Positions 43,934 to 57,528 are shown, counted from the stretch's first letter. The stretch: DNA of 64,000 nt from the human T2T-CHM13v2.0 reference genome, Homo sapiens (GCF_009914755.1 NC_060940.1), one strand, 5' to 3'. Translations and numbers: made by a program. The notes: generated by a model from the letters alone, not told the origin.

Positions 43934-45155
43934 CAAACCTGCACATGTACCCCCTGAATCTAAAATAAAAGTTGAAACTAAAAAAAAAAAAAAAGCCTGA
44001 ATTTTATCCCTAAACATCAATGAGCCCGCAAAGGTGAGAATAATGAAAATTTTCCTGGATTATATATTTTGATGATTTGCCTTTCCACCCCATCCCCACC
44101 CTTGACACTCAGTTGCTGACACTGCTGTTTCCTCTGTATGGATTTATTTGATATTTGTTGTTTCTCATTATAATACACAGGCTAAACACCAAGAGGCTGA
44201 AGGACTGGGCAGGGAAAATGGAAGAGACAAAGGTGGGAAATGGTTCAGGCTGGCTTTTGATAAGTACTTGACTTTTCCTGGTGGAGAAGGAATATACCAT
44301 TTTCTGGCATAAAAAGCTCTGTATGCACAGTGGAAGGATCTTAGCGTTCTAGAGTCAAACCTATCTTTCTTAAGTAGGTTGATTCCTATACTTGCTGGAT
44401 TTTCTCATCTGTAAAATGTTCCTGAATTCATTTGAGCTCTAAAACTCTTTTAAGCAGACTCACTCCCTGATTAGAACAGTTCTACTCACTGTTTGAAAGA
44501 CAAACCTTTCTTAATATGAGGAATGTTTCTCAAAAGAAACATTATGCAAATGTTTCATTATGTGCATGTTATAAAGAAGGCTATTGCCAGAAGGTGGCTA
44601 ATTCTTTGAATAAATCCTTTAAAAAATTATCCTTTAGCAACTTAATGTGTCTTCAAGCATGTTGAAAAGATATACGTACTTCTGAACATAGTGACATAGT
44701 GCTGTGGTTAAATGTGCATTTTAGATCCATTTAATAGCTCAAATGTCCCTACAGAAATTAGTTAGCTTGTTTCTGGCATGGGTTTCCTATCTGTGAAATA
44801 CGGTGAGTTGGAATTACCTCATTGTAAAGATTAATCATTGCAAAAGCTAAATAAAATAGTGCATGTAAGTCATTAATTAGCACAATGTCTACAGGCAACA
44901 GATATTACCAGTGTCATTACCTATTAGACATCAATACGCACTAGCGACTGGATGTATATTATCTCTATTCCTACAAGACTAGAAATTGTTATTCCCATTT
45001 TACAGAGGAACAAAAGAATTTTTGTTCCTTTTGTTATTTTGCCATAAAAGATAAAGAAGAAGCTCTACTTCCTGATTTGGGAGAACGGGCTTCAGCCCAC
45101 CCACCACAGAGACACCAGGCCTGGAAGCAGAGCAGGCCTCCCACACCGTACGCAC

Positions 45156-45450
45156 CCACATTGGACCTCTCAGGCACGTTGGCATGATAGGTCTCGTGCA
45201 GGAACTCCGGAGGGTTGTCATTAATGTCCTGGACCTTGACAATGAATTCCGACGGTGGCTCCAGTGGCCGATTGGTGTCCCTGTCCACCGCCTGAGCCAT
45301 CAACGTGTACTGGGCTCTCTCTTCTCGATCCAACGTCTTGGTGGCATGAATGTTCCCTGATTTGTCATCAATCACAAAAATGGTTCCAGCTCCTTCCCCT
45401 GAGAGAATGTATTTAATGTTCCCATCACCAGAGTCAATATCTGAATGAAG
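45156..45450 (-). CDS. CDH11: Cadherin-11 exon 4 (295 nt), rest of EC1 and EC1/EC2 linker
   Basis: [14 protein letters not shown]...LDREE...QAVDRD...DINDNPPEF...ERSNV; acceptor tttcttccag|, donor G|gtgcgt; phase 0-1. Confidence 0.99.
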
Positions 45451-46116
45451 CTGGAAGAAAGAGAAATTGAGATTTTTAATTCCATGAGGAAAGCAGTGGG
45501 GAAACTCACTTACAAGTGATTGCAACAATCTGCTGCGCACACACACACGTCATGAAAGGGAGATGTTCTCATCTCCATTTTACAACAGGAGAAAGGCAAT
45601 CTTAGAGAATATCATAGCCTTGGCCAAGGTCACACTGCAGAACAGTGAAGCCAGAGTTCAAATATATATATTTTTAATTCTAAGATTCATGCTCTCCTTT
45701 CACCTCTCTCCATATATATGCGCATATGCAAAATATAAAAACCTAAACGTATCTGTCAATAGTTTGAAATAAATGTATGTTTATTTTTAAAAATATATAA
45801 GCAAACATTCATGCAATAAGTAAGTCTTCCTCTCAGCTCTGACTCCCATTCCTTCATTTTCTCCTCTGTTCAGAGACAATCACTGTAACCAGTTTCTTGT
45901 GAATCCTATAAGAGATATTCTATTCTATGCATATGCAAGGAAATCTACACAGATACATATGTACCCTAGTTTATTGTTATACAATAAAGTTCCAGAGTAC
46001 ACACATCATTCTTCACTTCATCCTTTTCCTCTAACAATAAATTCAGGTGACTATTCCACATTTATAACTATAGATCTTCCTCATCTACTGTATGGAGGTT
46101 ATTATTTTTTAAAAAA

Positions 46117-46456
<340 letters not shown>

Positions 46457-47083
46457 TAGCAGTCCTTTCTAAAGAACACTTAGCTTGTTTCCTGGCTTTT
46501 GTTACTACAAACAATTCAACTTATCAGACCTTTCCAGAAGACCTGCTTTGCGGTACACAGGGTATGAGGATCTGGGGATGTGGCCTGCCTGGAAGAAGTG
46601 TCCATTCTAATGCTAAAGGTAGGTAGGACTAGTGGCATGGGTTGATATGTATACAATTTCTTAGGTGTCAGAAAGAATCTTAAACATCCCCAAGTTTTTC
46701 TTCTTTGACAGAGCTTAGAGATAAGATGATATTTGCCTAAATTCACACTTGTCAGGTCCAAGAAATCAACTAGGTCTCTTAACTACCAATCATCTTCTGT
46801 TCTGCCCTCACTCTGCTCTGTGTTTTCAAACATGAAAGTCTCCCAAAAATCACATCTGGTTTTCCTGTAGCAAAAAACTCCTCACCCCGCCTTGTTGTTC
46901 AATCTCAATTTCTGCAGCTGTCTTTTAATCCGAGTTCCTTGGTCCTCATTCTGCCCTTTGTGGGAAAAAGTAAGCATTATTTTTACTGTTCTAGTGGGCT
47001 TCAAGAGCAGTCAAGTAGAGAAAAAGACCTTGGTTCTACCTACTAAATAAGAAAACCCTTTGTAAACTAGAGAGCTTTATTCA

Positions 47084-47440
<357 letters not shown>

Positions 47441-47444
47441 AACT

Positions 47445-49828
47445 ATGATTATTATCAATGCCATTTAATATTAACAATATTAATAGTATTATTTATTACT
47501 AATGCCATTTTCATATTTTTGTTAAAATTGGTATTTATTATTTTGATTTAAATTATTATTATGAGACTAAGGCCTAGAGACCTTAACTCATGATTATTAT
47601 TATGAGACTAAGGCCTAGAGACCTTGCTTATAAAGCAAGGTTGAATACATAGATTTTAAAAAATTTTGTATTGTTTCAATATCCCCAAAGATATCTAATT
47701 GATTTGCAGCGCTTCAGTGAAACCCCAATTATTTCAGCTCGGGGGTTACCTGTAGGTATGAATTACAAAGACCATTTTGTTTTCAGTCCTCTTTGTTTCT
47801 AGGGGGAAAAAATAAACAGACTTTTCTTCAGCATTTGTTATTCATAACAATGTGTTGTCGTGAAATTATGGCTAACACATTTCTGATGAATAAGTCCATT
47901 TGACAGTAAAATACAAAGCTGTTTGATGGCCTATGACGGATGAACAGAATTGCCCCAATCTTCATTCAGCCAAGTTTCCTTAATGAAGGCAAAATTTCTG
48001 CCCCACACCGCCATCTTAGGGGAGGCTTACCTTTGTTCTTCTATTTACCCTGCTGCACACCTGGCAGAAGTTAAGGGCAAGGACATACGAATGAGGAACA
48101 AGAAAGTATAAATAAAATGCTGACTTTAATGGGAATGCCCAGACATTGAATCTTTCTAGAGGCCTTCATATATTACATGTGAATTTGGCAAGTTTCTTGA
48201 AAATTAAATGGATCTATTTCATGATCAGCCAAATAACTAAAAATTTAACAAAACATTTCCTATTATTTTTCTACTTTGTTTTCAGGTTGGAAAGTAGGAC
48301 ATAACTTCCCTTTTTTGTGTCTAACAAAGATGATTTATACAACTGACATGGATACTTACTAGGCTCCACACACACACAGACACACACACACATTAAAAAA
48401 AAAAACAAAAACCCAGTTTCAGAAACCATTCAGTGCTATCAAGGGATCCAGTTGCTGAGGCATACGCAGCCAATTCCTAACTCCAAAGATGAATGGCTTC
48501 CCTCTCTGCATAGCACAGCATGACACAGGCTGTATTTCCACAAGAAATCTGAAAGTCCATGGTTTACCAAATTTCACTTTTTCAGGGCATCTTAAGCACT
48601 CAACCTTGAATGTCATCAAATCAAAGGTTGTTAGGAAATAAACCATCTATTCCATCCCTCCTATTTCCAGGGAACTGTCTCAGCACATTTCAAAAGAAAG
48701 ATTCACAGGACCAACCACTTTATTTATTTTTCCCCTATCCAACCGGACATCAGATTCATTCTCATGTACCTAGCTTTTGAAGGTCACACACCATGAATAA
48801 TACTAGTTTTCCTTTCCCCTCTTTTTTTTCTATATTTTCTTCTAGTAGGCATGACAATTGCTTACTCCAGAGATGCTGAAATGACTCTCCAGATCCTGTT
48901 TCTTCTGCAACCCCCAATCTGAACACACACACTGCTTCCCATTGAGAAAGTCCCCAAAGCAGAAGGTTCTATTCATATCTCAGAATGATTCATGCACAGC
49001 CCTTCACAACATTTAAGCTCCACATCCCTTGTCATGGCTGAAATCTCTTTTTCCTCTCTGGCACACAGCCCATCTCCTCTACTTAGGGAATTCCATATGC
49101 CAATTATTTCCATTTCCATTTCTCACGTCAACTTCCACATATTTCCATTTGGGATATAAATGAATGAAATTCCTTTGGTACATCTCTTCAAGAAGAAATT
49201 TTTCCAAACTTACACAATGTCATTGAGATTCTAACATTAATCTCCTTCAAGTATGTCAATTATGTGAACATGAAGTGCTGTTCTCATGTAAAAGAACAAT
49301 TAAGATAACTTTGTAGAAATCAGTAGGGTTCAGAAACCCCTCAAACCTATTCTCTTTCCCCTTTACCTTCCACTGGATAATTCCTGTTCATCTTTTAGGT
49401 TACAGGTTATTCCCATGTTGTCCTTGAAACCTTCCTTTGACATCCCTCCCAAATATTACCATGTAAATTCATAATCATTTACATTGAATGTCCTCATTAT
49501 TCTATTATTCATTTTCTTTTTTTCTTTTTTTTTTTTTAATTGCTTAGGTAACTGTCTCTTTTCCACTAGACCTCTTTGAGGTTAGGAGCTATCTTAATCT
49601 AGTTTACATTTTGCCTAGCACGGCAGCTGCTCCACATGATAGGATTTCAGTTCTTATGTATCTAAGGATCTATCTTTGTTTTTTTTTTTTTTGAGATGGA
49701 GGCCTTTGTCTCATAATAATAATTTAAACTTAAATAATAAAAATACTTTAACAAAAATGAGAAAATGGCATTAGTAATAAATAATACTATTAATATTGTT
49801 AATATTAACTGGCATTGTTAATAATCAT
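47445..49828. repeat. Inverted repeat of ~130 bp unique AT-rich DNA (arms 47445-47575 and 49700-49828)
   Basis: Manual alignment, including a 48-bp perfect reverse-complement run. Confidence 0.92.
47552..47625. repeat. Perfect 33-bp direct repeat with 8-bp spacer
   Basis: attattattatgagactaaggcctagagacctt at 47552-47584 and 47593-47625. Confidence 0.95.
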
Positions 49829-50149
49829 CTTTTTTATTATTTATTTATTTATTTATTCATTCATTTTTTGAGACAGAGTCTCACTCTGTCTCCCAGGCTG
49901 GAGTACAGTGGCACATCTTGGCTTACTGCAACAACTCCTTCCCATGTTCAAGCGATTCCCCTGCCTCAGCCTCTGGAGTAGTTGGGATTACAGGCACTCA
50001 CCACCACGCCTGGCTAATATTTGTGTTGTTAGTAGAGACGGGGTTTCACCATACTGGGCAGGCTGGTCTTGAACTCCTGACATCCCGTGATTCACCTGCC
50101 TCAGCCTCCCAGAGAACTAGGATTACAGGTGTGAGCCACTGTGCTGGCC
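49678..50149 (-). mobile_element. Chimeric AluS with two tails (body 49830-50149; orphan terminus at 49678-49700)
   Basis: Antisense dimer, then duplicated flank, then a second Alu end ((T)n-gagatggag). Confidence 0.85.
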
Positions 50150-50676
50150 GCACATATCTTTTTGCAGTTTTAATGTCACTATCATCTGAAAGATAACTGT
50201 ACATTTTACTCAAATGCTAGTGGGTAGGTAATTTTCCAAACTCTCTTGAATTTGTATTTTGGACCCTCTTTCTACACTTGCACTTTTCTGGAAGGGATAC
50301 ACAGAGACCACAGAGCCTGGAATGGGAAGTCATCTCACTGGGTTTTACCATGCCTGTGGAAACAGGGATAAAACCACACCCAAGCTTCTGGTACATATTC
50401 ATTCAGCTCTTCAAAGCTGGGTCTAGCATCAGGACATAAGTACACAAGGATGACACTGCCCTTGACACAAAGTAGCTTGAAGTCTAGTGAAGTAGACAGA
50501 TTAATAAGTAGATACACTGAATACAAAAAGCAAAGCTATGATAAAGGGTCCAAAGGAGGAGCATTCAAGTTGGGATTAGGGTGTGGTCAGGGAAATGCCT
50601 CCAGCTGGAAAATGGTTAAATAAATTATGTATGTGCATTTAATGGGCTATTATGCAGCCATTCAAAATGGAGTTTG

Positions 50677-50975
50677 AGCCTGGCGTAGTGGCTCAGGCCT
50701 GCAGTCCCAGCACTTTGGGAGGCTGATGAGGGAGGATCACTTAGGTCAGAGGTTTGAAGCCAACCTGGGCAACACAGCAAGACCTTTTCTCTAAAAAAAT
50801 GAAATAAAATACAGATTAGCCAGGCATGGTGGCATGAACCTGTAGTCCCAGCTACTCAGGAGGCTAAAGCAGGAGGATCCCTTGAGCCCAGGAGTTTGAG
50901 ATTACAGTGAGCTATGATCACACTACTGCATGCCAGTCTGGGCAACAGAGAGAGACCCCATATCTAAATAATATG
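50677..50975 (+). mobile_element. AluJ
   Basis: ggaggatcccttgagcccaggagtttgag. Confidence 0.88.
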
Positions 50976-51233
50976 GTAAATGAGTTTTATGATATAACTC
51001 CCTAAAACTAAATGGAAAAACCTAAGAAGTATTCTCAACATGGATAAGTCTATTATTTTTTTTAAAAGTCTGGAATAACATATTATGTACAATATTTGGG
51101 TGGTTTTACTGGCTCTTCAAGCCATTGGTGTTTTCTCTCTTAGATGCCTGTGGGCCTTTTGCTTCTTTCTGGCCACAGACGACTATTCCAATGGTGGGTT
51201 GGAAAGCTCAGGATTGAGGGAAGGCAGCCTTAC

Positions 51234-51461
51234 CCTGCCCACAAGCACGGGGTCAGGCCCGGTGTACTCCTCTATCACGAAGAACTGGTTCCAGACCCAG
51301 CCACGCTTGGAGCGCTGTAGCACCTGCCCCTCCTTGCCCTTCTCATGGTGCCCATGGAAGGAGGGCCGCAGGTGCCCCCGCCGCTCTGGGGCAAAGGCAT
51401 GGCTGTGGCACAGCATGCCCAGGCACACCAGGGCGGCTTGTAAACAGTAGTTCTCCTTCAT
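51234..51461 (-). CDS. CDH11: Cadherin-11 first coding exon (exon 3), aa 1-76: signal peptide, prodomain, furin site RSKR, start of EC1
   Basis: Translation [28 protein letters not shown]...QRSKR|[23 protein letters not shown] is the recognised cadherin-11 N-terminus; W2/W4 after cleavage is the type II cadherin hallmark; donor AGG|gtaagg at 51233; 228 nt, ends in phase 0. Confidence 0.99.
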
Positions 51462-51633
51462 TTTTGGTTACGTGGTAGGCACAGGAGAATGCAGCTGTCA
51501 CCCCTTCCACCAACTGTACGGTGGTCTTGCTGAGGGTGGCCTCCCGGACGCGTCACGCAGACCTCTCTTGGGATGGAATGTCTCTGCTGGTTGAGCTCAT
51601 CACGTCAGGGCTGCCCACGTCCCCAGTTAGCTT
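51462..51633 (-). other. CDH11: 5' UTR portion of CDH11 exon 3 (172 nt)
   Basis: Acceptor ctctctctgcttgcag|AAGCT at 51634-51635, upstream of ATG context ACCAAAAATGA. Confidence 0.85.
51553..51600 (-). promoter_or_regulatory. Upstream ORF in the CDH11 5' UTR (MSSTSRDIPSQERSA*)
   Basis: ATG at 51600 (context GACGTGATGA), TGA at 51555-51553, 91 nt before the main ATG; ORF is certain, translation is not shown. Confidence 0.55.
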
Positions 51634-51739
51634 CTGCAAGCAGAGAGAGGTTGGATTAACTGCAGGCCAAATCCCCACTTCATTTCCATTCCTTTCAGTA
51701 AGCCTTCAGGACTGGGCATGAGTTTATCACGTGGGAGCT

Positions 51740-51905
51740 ACGGGCTTTGGGGAAGCTCACTGACTGCTTTGAGCTCAGCTTGCTCATTTATGAAGTGGGG
51801 ATAAGAGTGTACCCAGTACAAAGCTGTCACTGGGATTCACTGAGTAATGCATATAAGTCTCTTAGCACAATGCCTGGTACATAGTAAGCACTCCATATTT
51901 ATCTG
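51740..51905 (+). mobile_element. MIR SINE just upstream of the exon 3 acceptor
   Basis: tgagctcagctttgctcatttatgaagtgggg...cttagcacaatgcctggtacatagtaagcactc. Confidence 0.7.
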
Positions 51906-52194
51906 TTATAATTGATCAAAATTGTGCTTAGATATGATTTTGTAATAAGAAAACGGGGAATTAAAGGAGTCCAGATGAGGAACATATAATCCACACTGGG
52001 GTTCAGTTTAGGGAGAGGACAGATGGCTGGACTCAATCCTTTAGTGAGGTTGCTGTAATAAGAAAGGAGAGTGTGGGATTCCATGCAGAAGGAACATCAC
52101 ATCCAAAAGCACAGTGTGCTCCAAGATGTTCAGCATGCCTGGAGGTAGTAACGAAGAAGGCGGGCAGGCAATGGATCCTGTTAGGGAAGGGATG

Positions 52195-53307
52195 TAGGGG
52201 AAGATCCCAAGAAACCATTGATGGTTACTGAAATATTTACAGGAGAAATAATGGATTAAGGTCTCTTTGGTAAATCAGTTAAGGGTATAGTGTCAATTCA
52301 AGGAGGAAGATTTGCTTTTGTCTGGCAAAGATCCATCCACGAAGCCAAAGATCCTACCTTGCTTAGCCTGGAAGTCTCAGAAAGGATATTTTACAAGCTT
52401 TCACTAACTAGGAGAAGGAAAATAAAACAAAACAGTATATCCAACCAACCAGCCCAAGGTCATGTTCCCAGCACCCAGCCATGACTCAGCTACTCAACAC
52501 CAGTGAGGATAAGCCAGTAATGCCTTTCACCTTTCTACACTCCTCACAGGTTTCTGAGCCACAGTCACTCTTGTCCTCTCTCCAGCACTCTGGTTCTTAT
52601 TGCCAGTCCTTAACTTCTGCCTTGGGTTCTGGACTTCTTCACTGGACTTTCTCATGCTGAAAACTTATTCTTCTCTAAGGAATTCCCCTTGCTTGTTCTC
52701 CTCTCTTAGAACCATACATTTGTTTTCTGGAGAATCACCTTCTCTCTCTGGAGTGCCACCCAGACTCCAGAGAGAGAATCAGATGAGTTCACCACCAATG
52801 TGAGGGAATCTGAGAAAGTTCTTGTGCAGGAGGATGATACATTGATATTGAGGATAACATTCTGTTTCAGCACCTGGGTCTAAATGAAACTGGAAAACTT
52901 ACTGAGCATTGTAGGAATCACTGTCATCACCTAATTTTTTGTTGTCTTCTTTGGGTGAAATGGTTCAGGGAAGAAGGGAGCAAGAAGGAAACAGCATGAA
53001 TCTTGGCATAGTGGAAGGTACATAGACTTGGAGATCAGATGCATCTGGATCAGAATACCACTTCCATATTTTACAATCTGGGTTACTCTGGGCATGCCAA
53101 TCAATCACTCTGAACCTCCATGTTTTCATGTGAATAATGAGGATGACAAGAATTGTTGCACCCATACAGGCCTGAACACAGAGTTGGGAACTGGACATGC
53201 AATAGGTTCCTTCTTCTTTTCCCAGAGTGTCACAACATAGGGGAAGATCTCAAGAAACCACTGATGGTTACTGAAATATTTACAGGAAAAATAATGGGTC
53301 AAGGTCT
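52195..53307. repeat. Dispersed 70-bp direct repeat (52195-52264 and 53238-53307, 65/70 identical)
   Basis: taggggaagatc(c/t)caagaaacca(t/c)tgatggttactgaaatatttacagga(g/a)aaataatgg..aaggtct. Confidence 0.93.
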
Positions 53308-53580
53308 GATATGGTTTAGCTGTGTCCCCACCCAAATCTCATCTTGAATTCAACATGTGTTGTGGGAGGGACCCAGCGGGAGGCAATTGAATCATGGTTG
53401 CAGGTCTTTGCCATGCTGTTCTCATGATAGTAAATAAGTCTCAGGAGATCTGACAGGTTTATAAAGGGGAGTTTCCCTGCACAAGCTCTCTCTCTTTTCC
53501 TGCTGCCATCCACGTAAGATATGACTTGCTCCTCCTCGCCTTCAACTATAATTGTGAGGCTTCCCCAGCCATGTGGAACT
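53307..53580 (+). mobile_element. THE1 (C-like) MaLR LTR, 3'-truncated
   Basis: tgatatggtttagctgtgtccccacccaaatctcatcttgaat...tataaagggg...ccccagccatgtggaact, after which similarity stops. Confidence 0.9.
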
Positions 53581-55074
53581 CTAAGGGTACCCATGCCTTG
53601 AACATGGAGATGCCCCCAAGAGGGTGATGAGGTGCTTTCTCCAAGATGCGAATTGAGAACAAATAAGTTACTTGGGATACCATAGCCATCTGACCTCAGC
53701 AACCTAGAAAATAAAAGAATTGGTGAAATTATAATTTGTAGATACAGATCCATTCCATTTTGATGAACTTTGACTTTGCCATCCCAAGTCTTTCTGTTTC
53801 CTTTGTAATCTGGCAAAGTGGTATCTGGGAGGCCACAGATGTGCAGTTAAAGCCTGGTGACTGTCACTTTTCTCAATAACACTTTGGGATGGTATTATGT
53901 TAGTCTTTATTCAAGGAATAGGGGACTTGAAACTCTTAATATTGGTTGTAAACAGACACTTTGGGATATGTAAAAGGCTACGTGGGAGAGAGAGAAAGAT
54001 GGAAAAGGCAGCGTCATCATTTAACAACTTCATCCTTACATTCAGGCACTTTAATAATACATCAGATGCTGTTTCTAGAAAGCCAAACCGACTGTTTGGA
54101 AAGAGCACAAAGAAGGCCCCAGAGGACGGGTTAGATGCTAAAATGAGGCTGTATGAAACAACAGAAAGATTTCTGAGCAGAAGTCATGAAACTCAAGATT
54201 TGGTGGAGAATCTGGCACTAATTTGCCATGGAACTTCATTGATTCTACTCGCAGAGGTTCTGTCTCACTCTGTAAACTGAAGCCTGTGTAAAATTTTCTT
54301 CAAGTGGCTTCATATTCATGATTAGAGTTTCAGTGAGCTAGTGAGGGGCATTTCTTCTGATTCATACCTTGTCTCCTTACTAGACTGGAAACTTCTGAAT
54401 GGATGGGATTATATCTTATTCACATTTATATGTCTGACACCTGAACACAAAGCAGGCCGTCAATACAATTTTAATATATGATTTGAATCTCACATTTCAA
54501 CTCTAAACTTGACATTGTCTCTGTGGAAACTCAAGAAGAAGAAAGAAAGAAAAAGAAAACAGCATATGGTGAGGCAAGATCCTTGCCCATCTTGCACCAT
54601 GCCAAGTATTAAATGCTCATTCACAGAGTGATAAATTATTCTTGCATATAAGCCATGAAGTGTATTAGAAAGAAAGGGTTTAATTAAAGTTGATATTTCT
54701 TCACCTTTTTCTTCTGGCTGCCATTTTGCTGCAAAGCACAATTATTTCTAACACTAGAAGTGTTGAAACAAGATGACAACTTTTTTCTTTTATAAAAAAT
54801 GTCTAGCTTAATACTAATGAATTTAAGAGTTTCCACATGATCAATAAACAATAACATTCAATCTGTTAAAAAGGTGAAATTATCTCTTTTCTTCTTTTGG
54901 AAAGAATACTGAATCAATTTGCTTTTAAGAGCAATGGTCCACCATTTTAAATGCTTATATGACTATATGTGATACAGAAAGTTATTTTAATGGTTAATCT
55001 TAGGTATGTATAAGACTGATTTTAAGACATAATTTAAAAAAAAGATTCACTTTCAGAATGAAAATTTATGTAGC

Positions 55075-55710
55075 AAGTTCTTTTCCTTAGCTACTGTTCT
55101 AAAAGCTTTACAAATAGTAACTCATCTATTAATTTCTATAACAACCTTATGAATAGGAGCCATGAATATTCTTCTCTTAAAGGATGAGGAAACTGAGTTC
55201 CAGACACATTAAACAACTTATGCAGACTTACGCTTCTAGTAAATACCAGACCTGAGATTTGAACCCATGGCTTCAGGCCCTAGAATCCATGTTCTTAACC
55301 AGTAAACAATCACAACTCTTGCCATTTGTTTGAGTTTGAAGTTCATAAGGAAATTATACGGACGTTGTGATAAAAAGCAGTTACCTAGAAGCCAGCTAAA
55401 TGTGGGAAGTAAATTACTATTGGAACTCAGTGTATACTAATAACAGGACTAGAATGAAAATACTAATATAGTTAAAATTTACCGGGTGTTATCCGCCTAA
55501 CATTCTTGGACATGTTTTCCATGAGTTGAGTCATCAAATCTTCACAAAAACCCTAAAACGTAGCATTATTGCTATTCCCATTTTACAGGCAAGTAGTCTG
55601 AGGCACATCAAAATTAAGTAATTTGTCCAAGGTTACAGAGCCAGCAAGTAAAGGACCTGGAATTGAACTCTGAATGTTTGGTTTGAGGACTTGTATTCCT
55701 ACCCTCTACA
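55075..55710 (-). mobile_element. Two MIR SINEs (~55075-55310 and ~55470-55710)
   Basis: gatgaggaaactgag...gatttgaaccc; cccattttacagg...tctgaggcac...aagtaatttgtccaaggttacag. Confidence 0.7.
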
Positions 55711-57528
55711 ATTTTACCTAAGAGAAGGCTGCAGGTCAAATTTAGGCACACTAATACAAATAGACACAATAGCCTTAACATGATGATAATTTAAATTTTG
55801 GTAGCATGGAGAAGTAGACTATAATAAAAAAAAATTATCCAAACCAAAAAGAAAGAAAAAGCATTTTATATCAATGACCAAAGTGAAGATGAACAAGAGG
55901 TAATTACATCAGTCCATCAATAACCATCAATAACATAGTATAACCAGGTCTTTAAACAACATATGACACAAAATTTGATCTTTGGTTTTTATTTTAAATA
56001 CCTGTTTCAGAATTTCTAAATGTGTAGGTTACAAAAGTGTATTCAGAGTTGTTTCAGTTTTTTGTTTTGTTTTGTTTTGTTTTATGAAATATTTCTAGAA
56101 TTGAGAGAACTGATTGATGTATTCAGTGGTAGGGACTTAGTAGGAATCTCCCATGAAAATTAATAGGAGGCTGCCCTCCTAAGGAGACCTTGATGTTGGT
56201 AATAATTAGGGAAATATATCAATGTTCTAATTGGTTTTAATAAAGACCCCCAAGGTAGTTCTTGAACAATCCATTAAAACACTTTTTAGCAGTATGCCAG
56301 GATGCCTAAGCATTGGGATTCTACTAAAACATATAGGAGGACTTTATTTTATGATGGGAGCATATTGCTTGGAGGGAAAAATAAATGTTGTTGAAAGTCA
56401 CAGCAGTAATAACATGACAGGAAAATAGATGTGCAAAGCCACCAGCTCGAAAGGGAAGGATCACCCCTCTATCTTGAGAGCAGATAGCCCGTCAGAAGCC
56501 ACCGTGCCTTGAGCATAAAACTCTCTTGCTGTGCCTGCTTTTGTCTCCGTTAAAGAAAATGACATATACGGGTGTTTAAGTATATTTGGACTCCTGCTGG
56601 AAATTGTTATTGGGTGGAGAATGAAAGACGAAAGCGCTTAGCAGAAAGCAAGCAGATTTGGTTTTTCAGCTGTCCCCTCCCCACAGAGCTGGAAGGATCA
56701 GACAGGCTGACCTGTTTTTTCATTTCCAGGTAGCTAATTTATAGTTAGAGACAGGTTATTATTACATTAAGAATATTACCACGGCCCACACCAGAGCTCA
56801 AAACCCCATTCTGTATCTGCAAAGTCCCCTTGTTGGTGAGCTAAGGGGCTCTGGTATCCCTTTCAACAAACACAGCTTTGTAACCAATCCAATTCTATTA
56901 TGCAAATTAATTCAAGCATATTTTATTCCCCGTTCAGATCTCATCACTCAGCACTGAGCTGGTCTCTCATTTCACATCAAATCACAGGAATTATGCCATG
57001 TCTGTGGAAATCACAGAGAATAGGGGAGAAGAAGTATTACAAGAATTATTGAGTCACACTTCTCAATAATTCTTCTCCCCTGATTTCTAGACTTGGAGCA
57101 AGGCATAAGCTTGGGGTAATCACTTCTTCTCAGGTGCAAAGTACACAGCAGAGACTGCAAAAAGGTTATGGTATATGCTGCTCCAATTTCTAATACCAAA
57201 TTCAAATGTTAAAGTAGGCAGCAAATAAGGCCCCTTATCAAAGACCCCAGCGCTCTGCAAAGGTGAGTGGAAATTTTAAAACTGCTTCAGTGGAGATCTG
57301 AGTCTCTGCTTCTGGAGAAATAGAGAATGACAGAAGTTCTGCTTTGAAAGTGGAAAGATCATTCACTACCTATGTGTCAGGTTCAAATCCTGGTTCCATC
57401 ACTCATGATTTACATTAAATTGTCATAAAAGTAGATACTATCCTTGGTCAGGTGCTTGATTTTTCTAGTGCTGGACAGTATGCTCAGGGCTTGGTACATA
57501 TTATTTTATTGCATTTTCACCACAACTG

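Noticed and set aside
47552-47625. 33-bp direct repeats superficially CRISPR-like in length
   Set aside because: Only two copies, an 8-bp spacer, mammalian intron context and no cas genes; treated as a local duplication
51085-51450. 121-aa plus-strand ORF antisense to exon 3 (similar shadows at 38332-38574, 34789-35013, 19482-19694)
   Set aside because: Antisense shadows of GC-richer coding exons
53316-54280. 166-aa and 127-aa ORFs near the THE1 LTR
   Set aside because: One runs antisense through the LTR; neither has a recognisable domain or splice support
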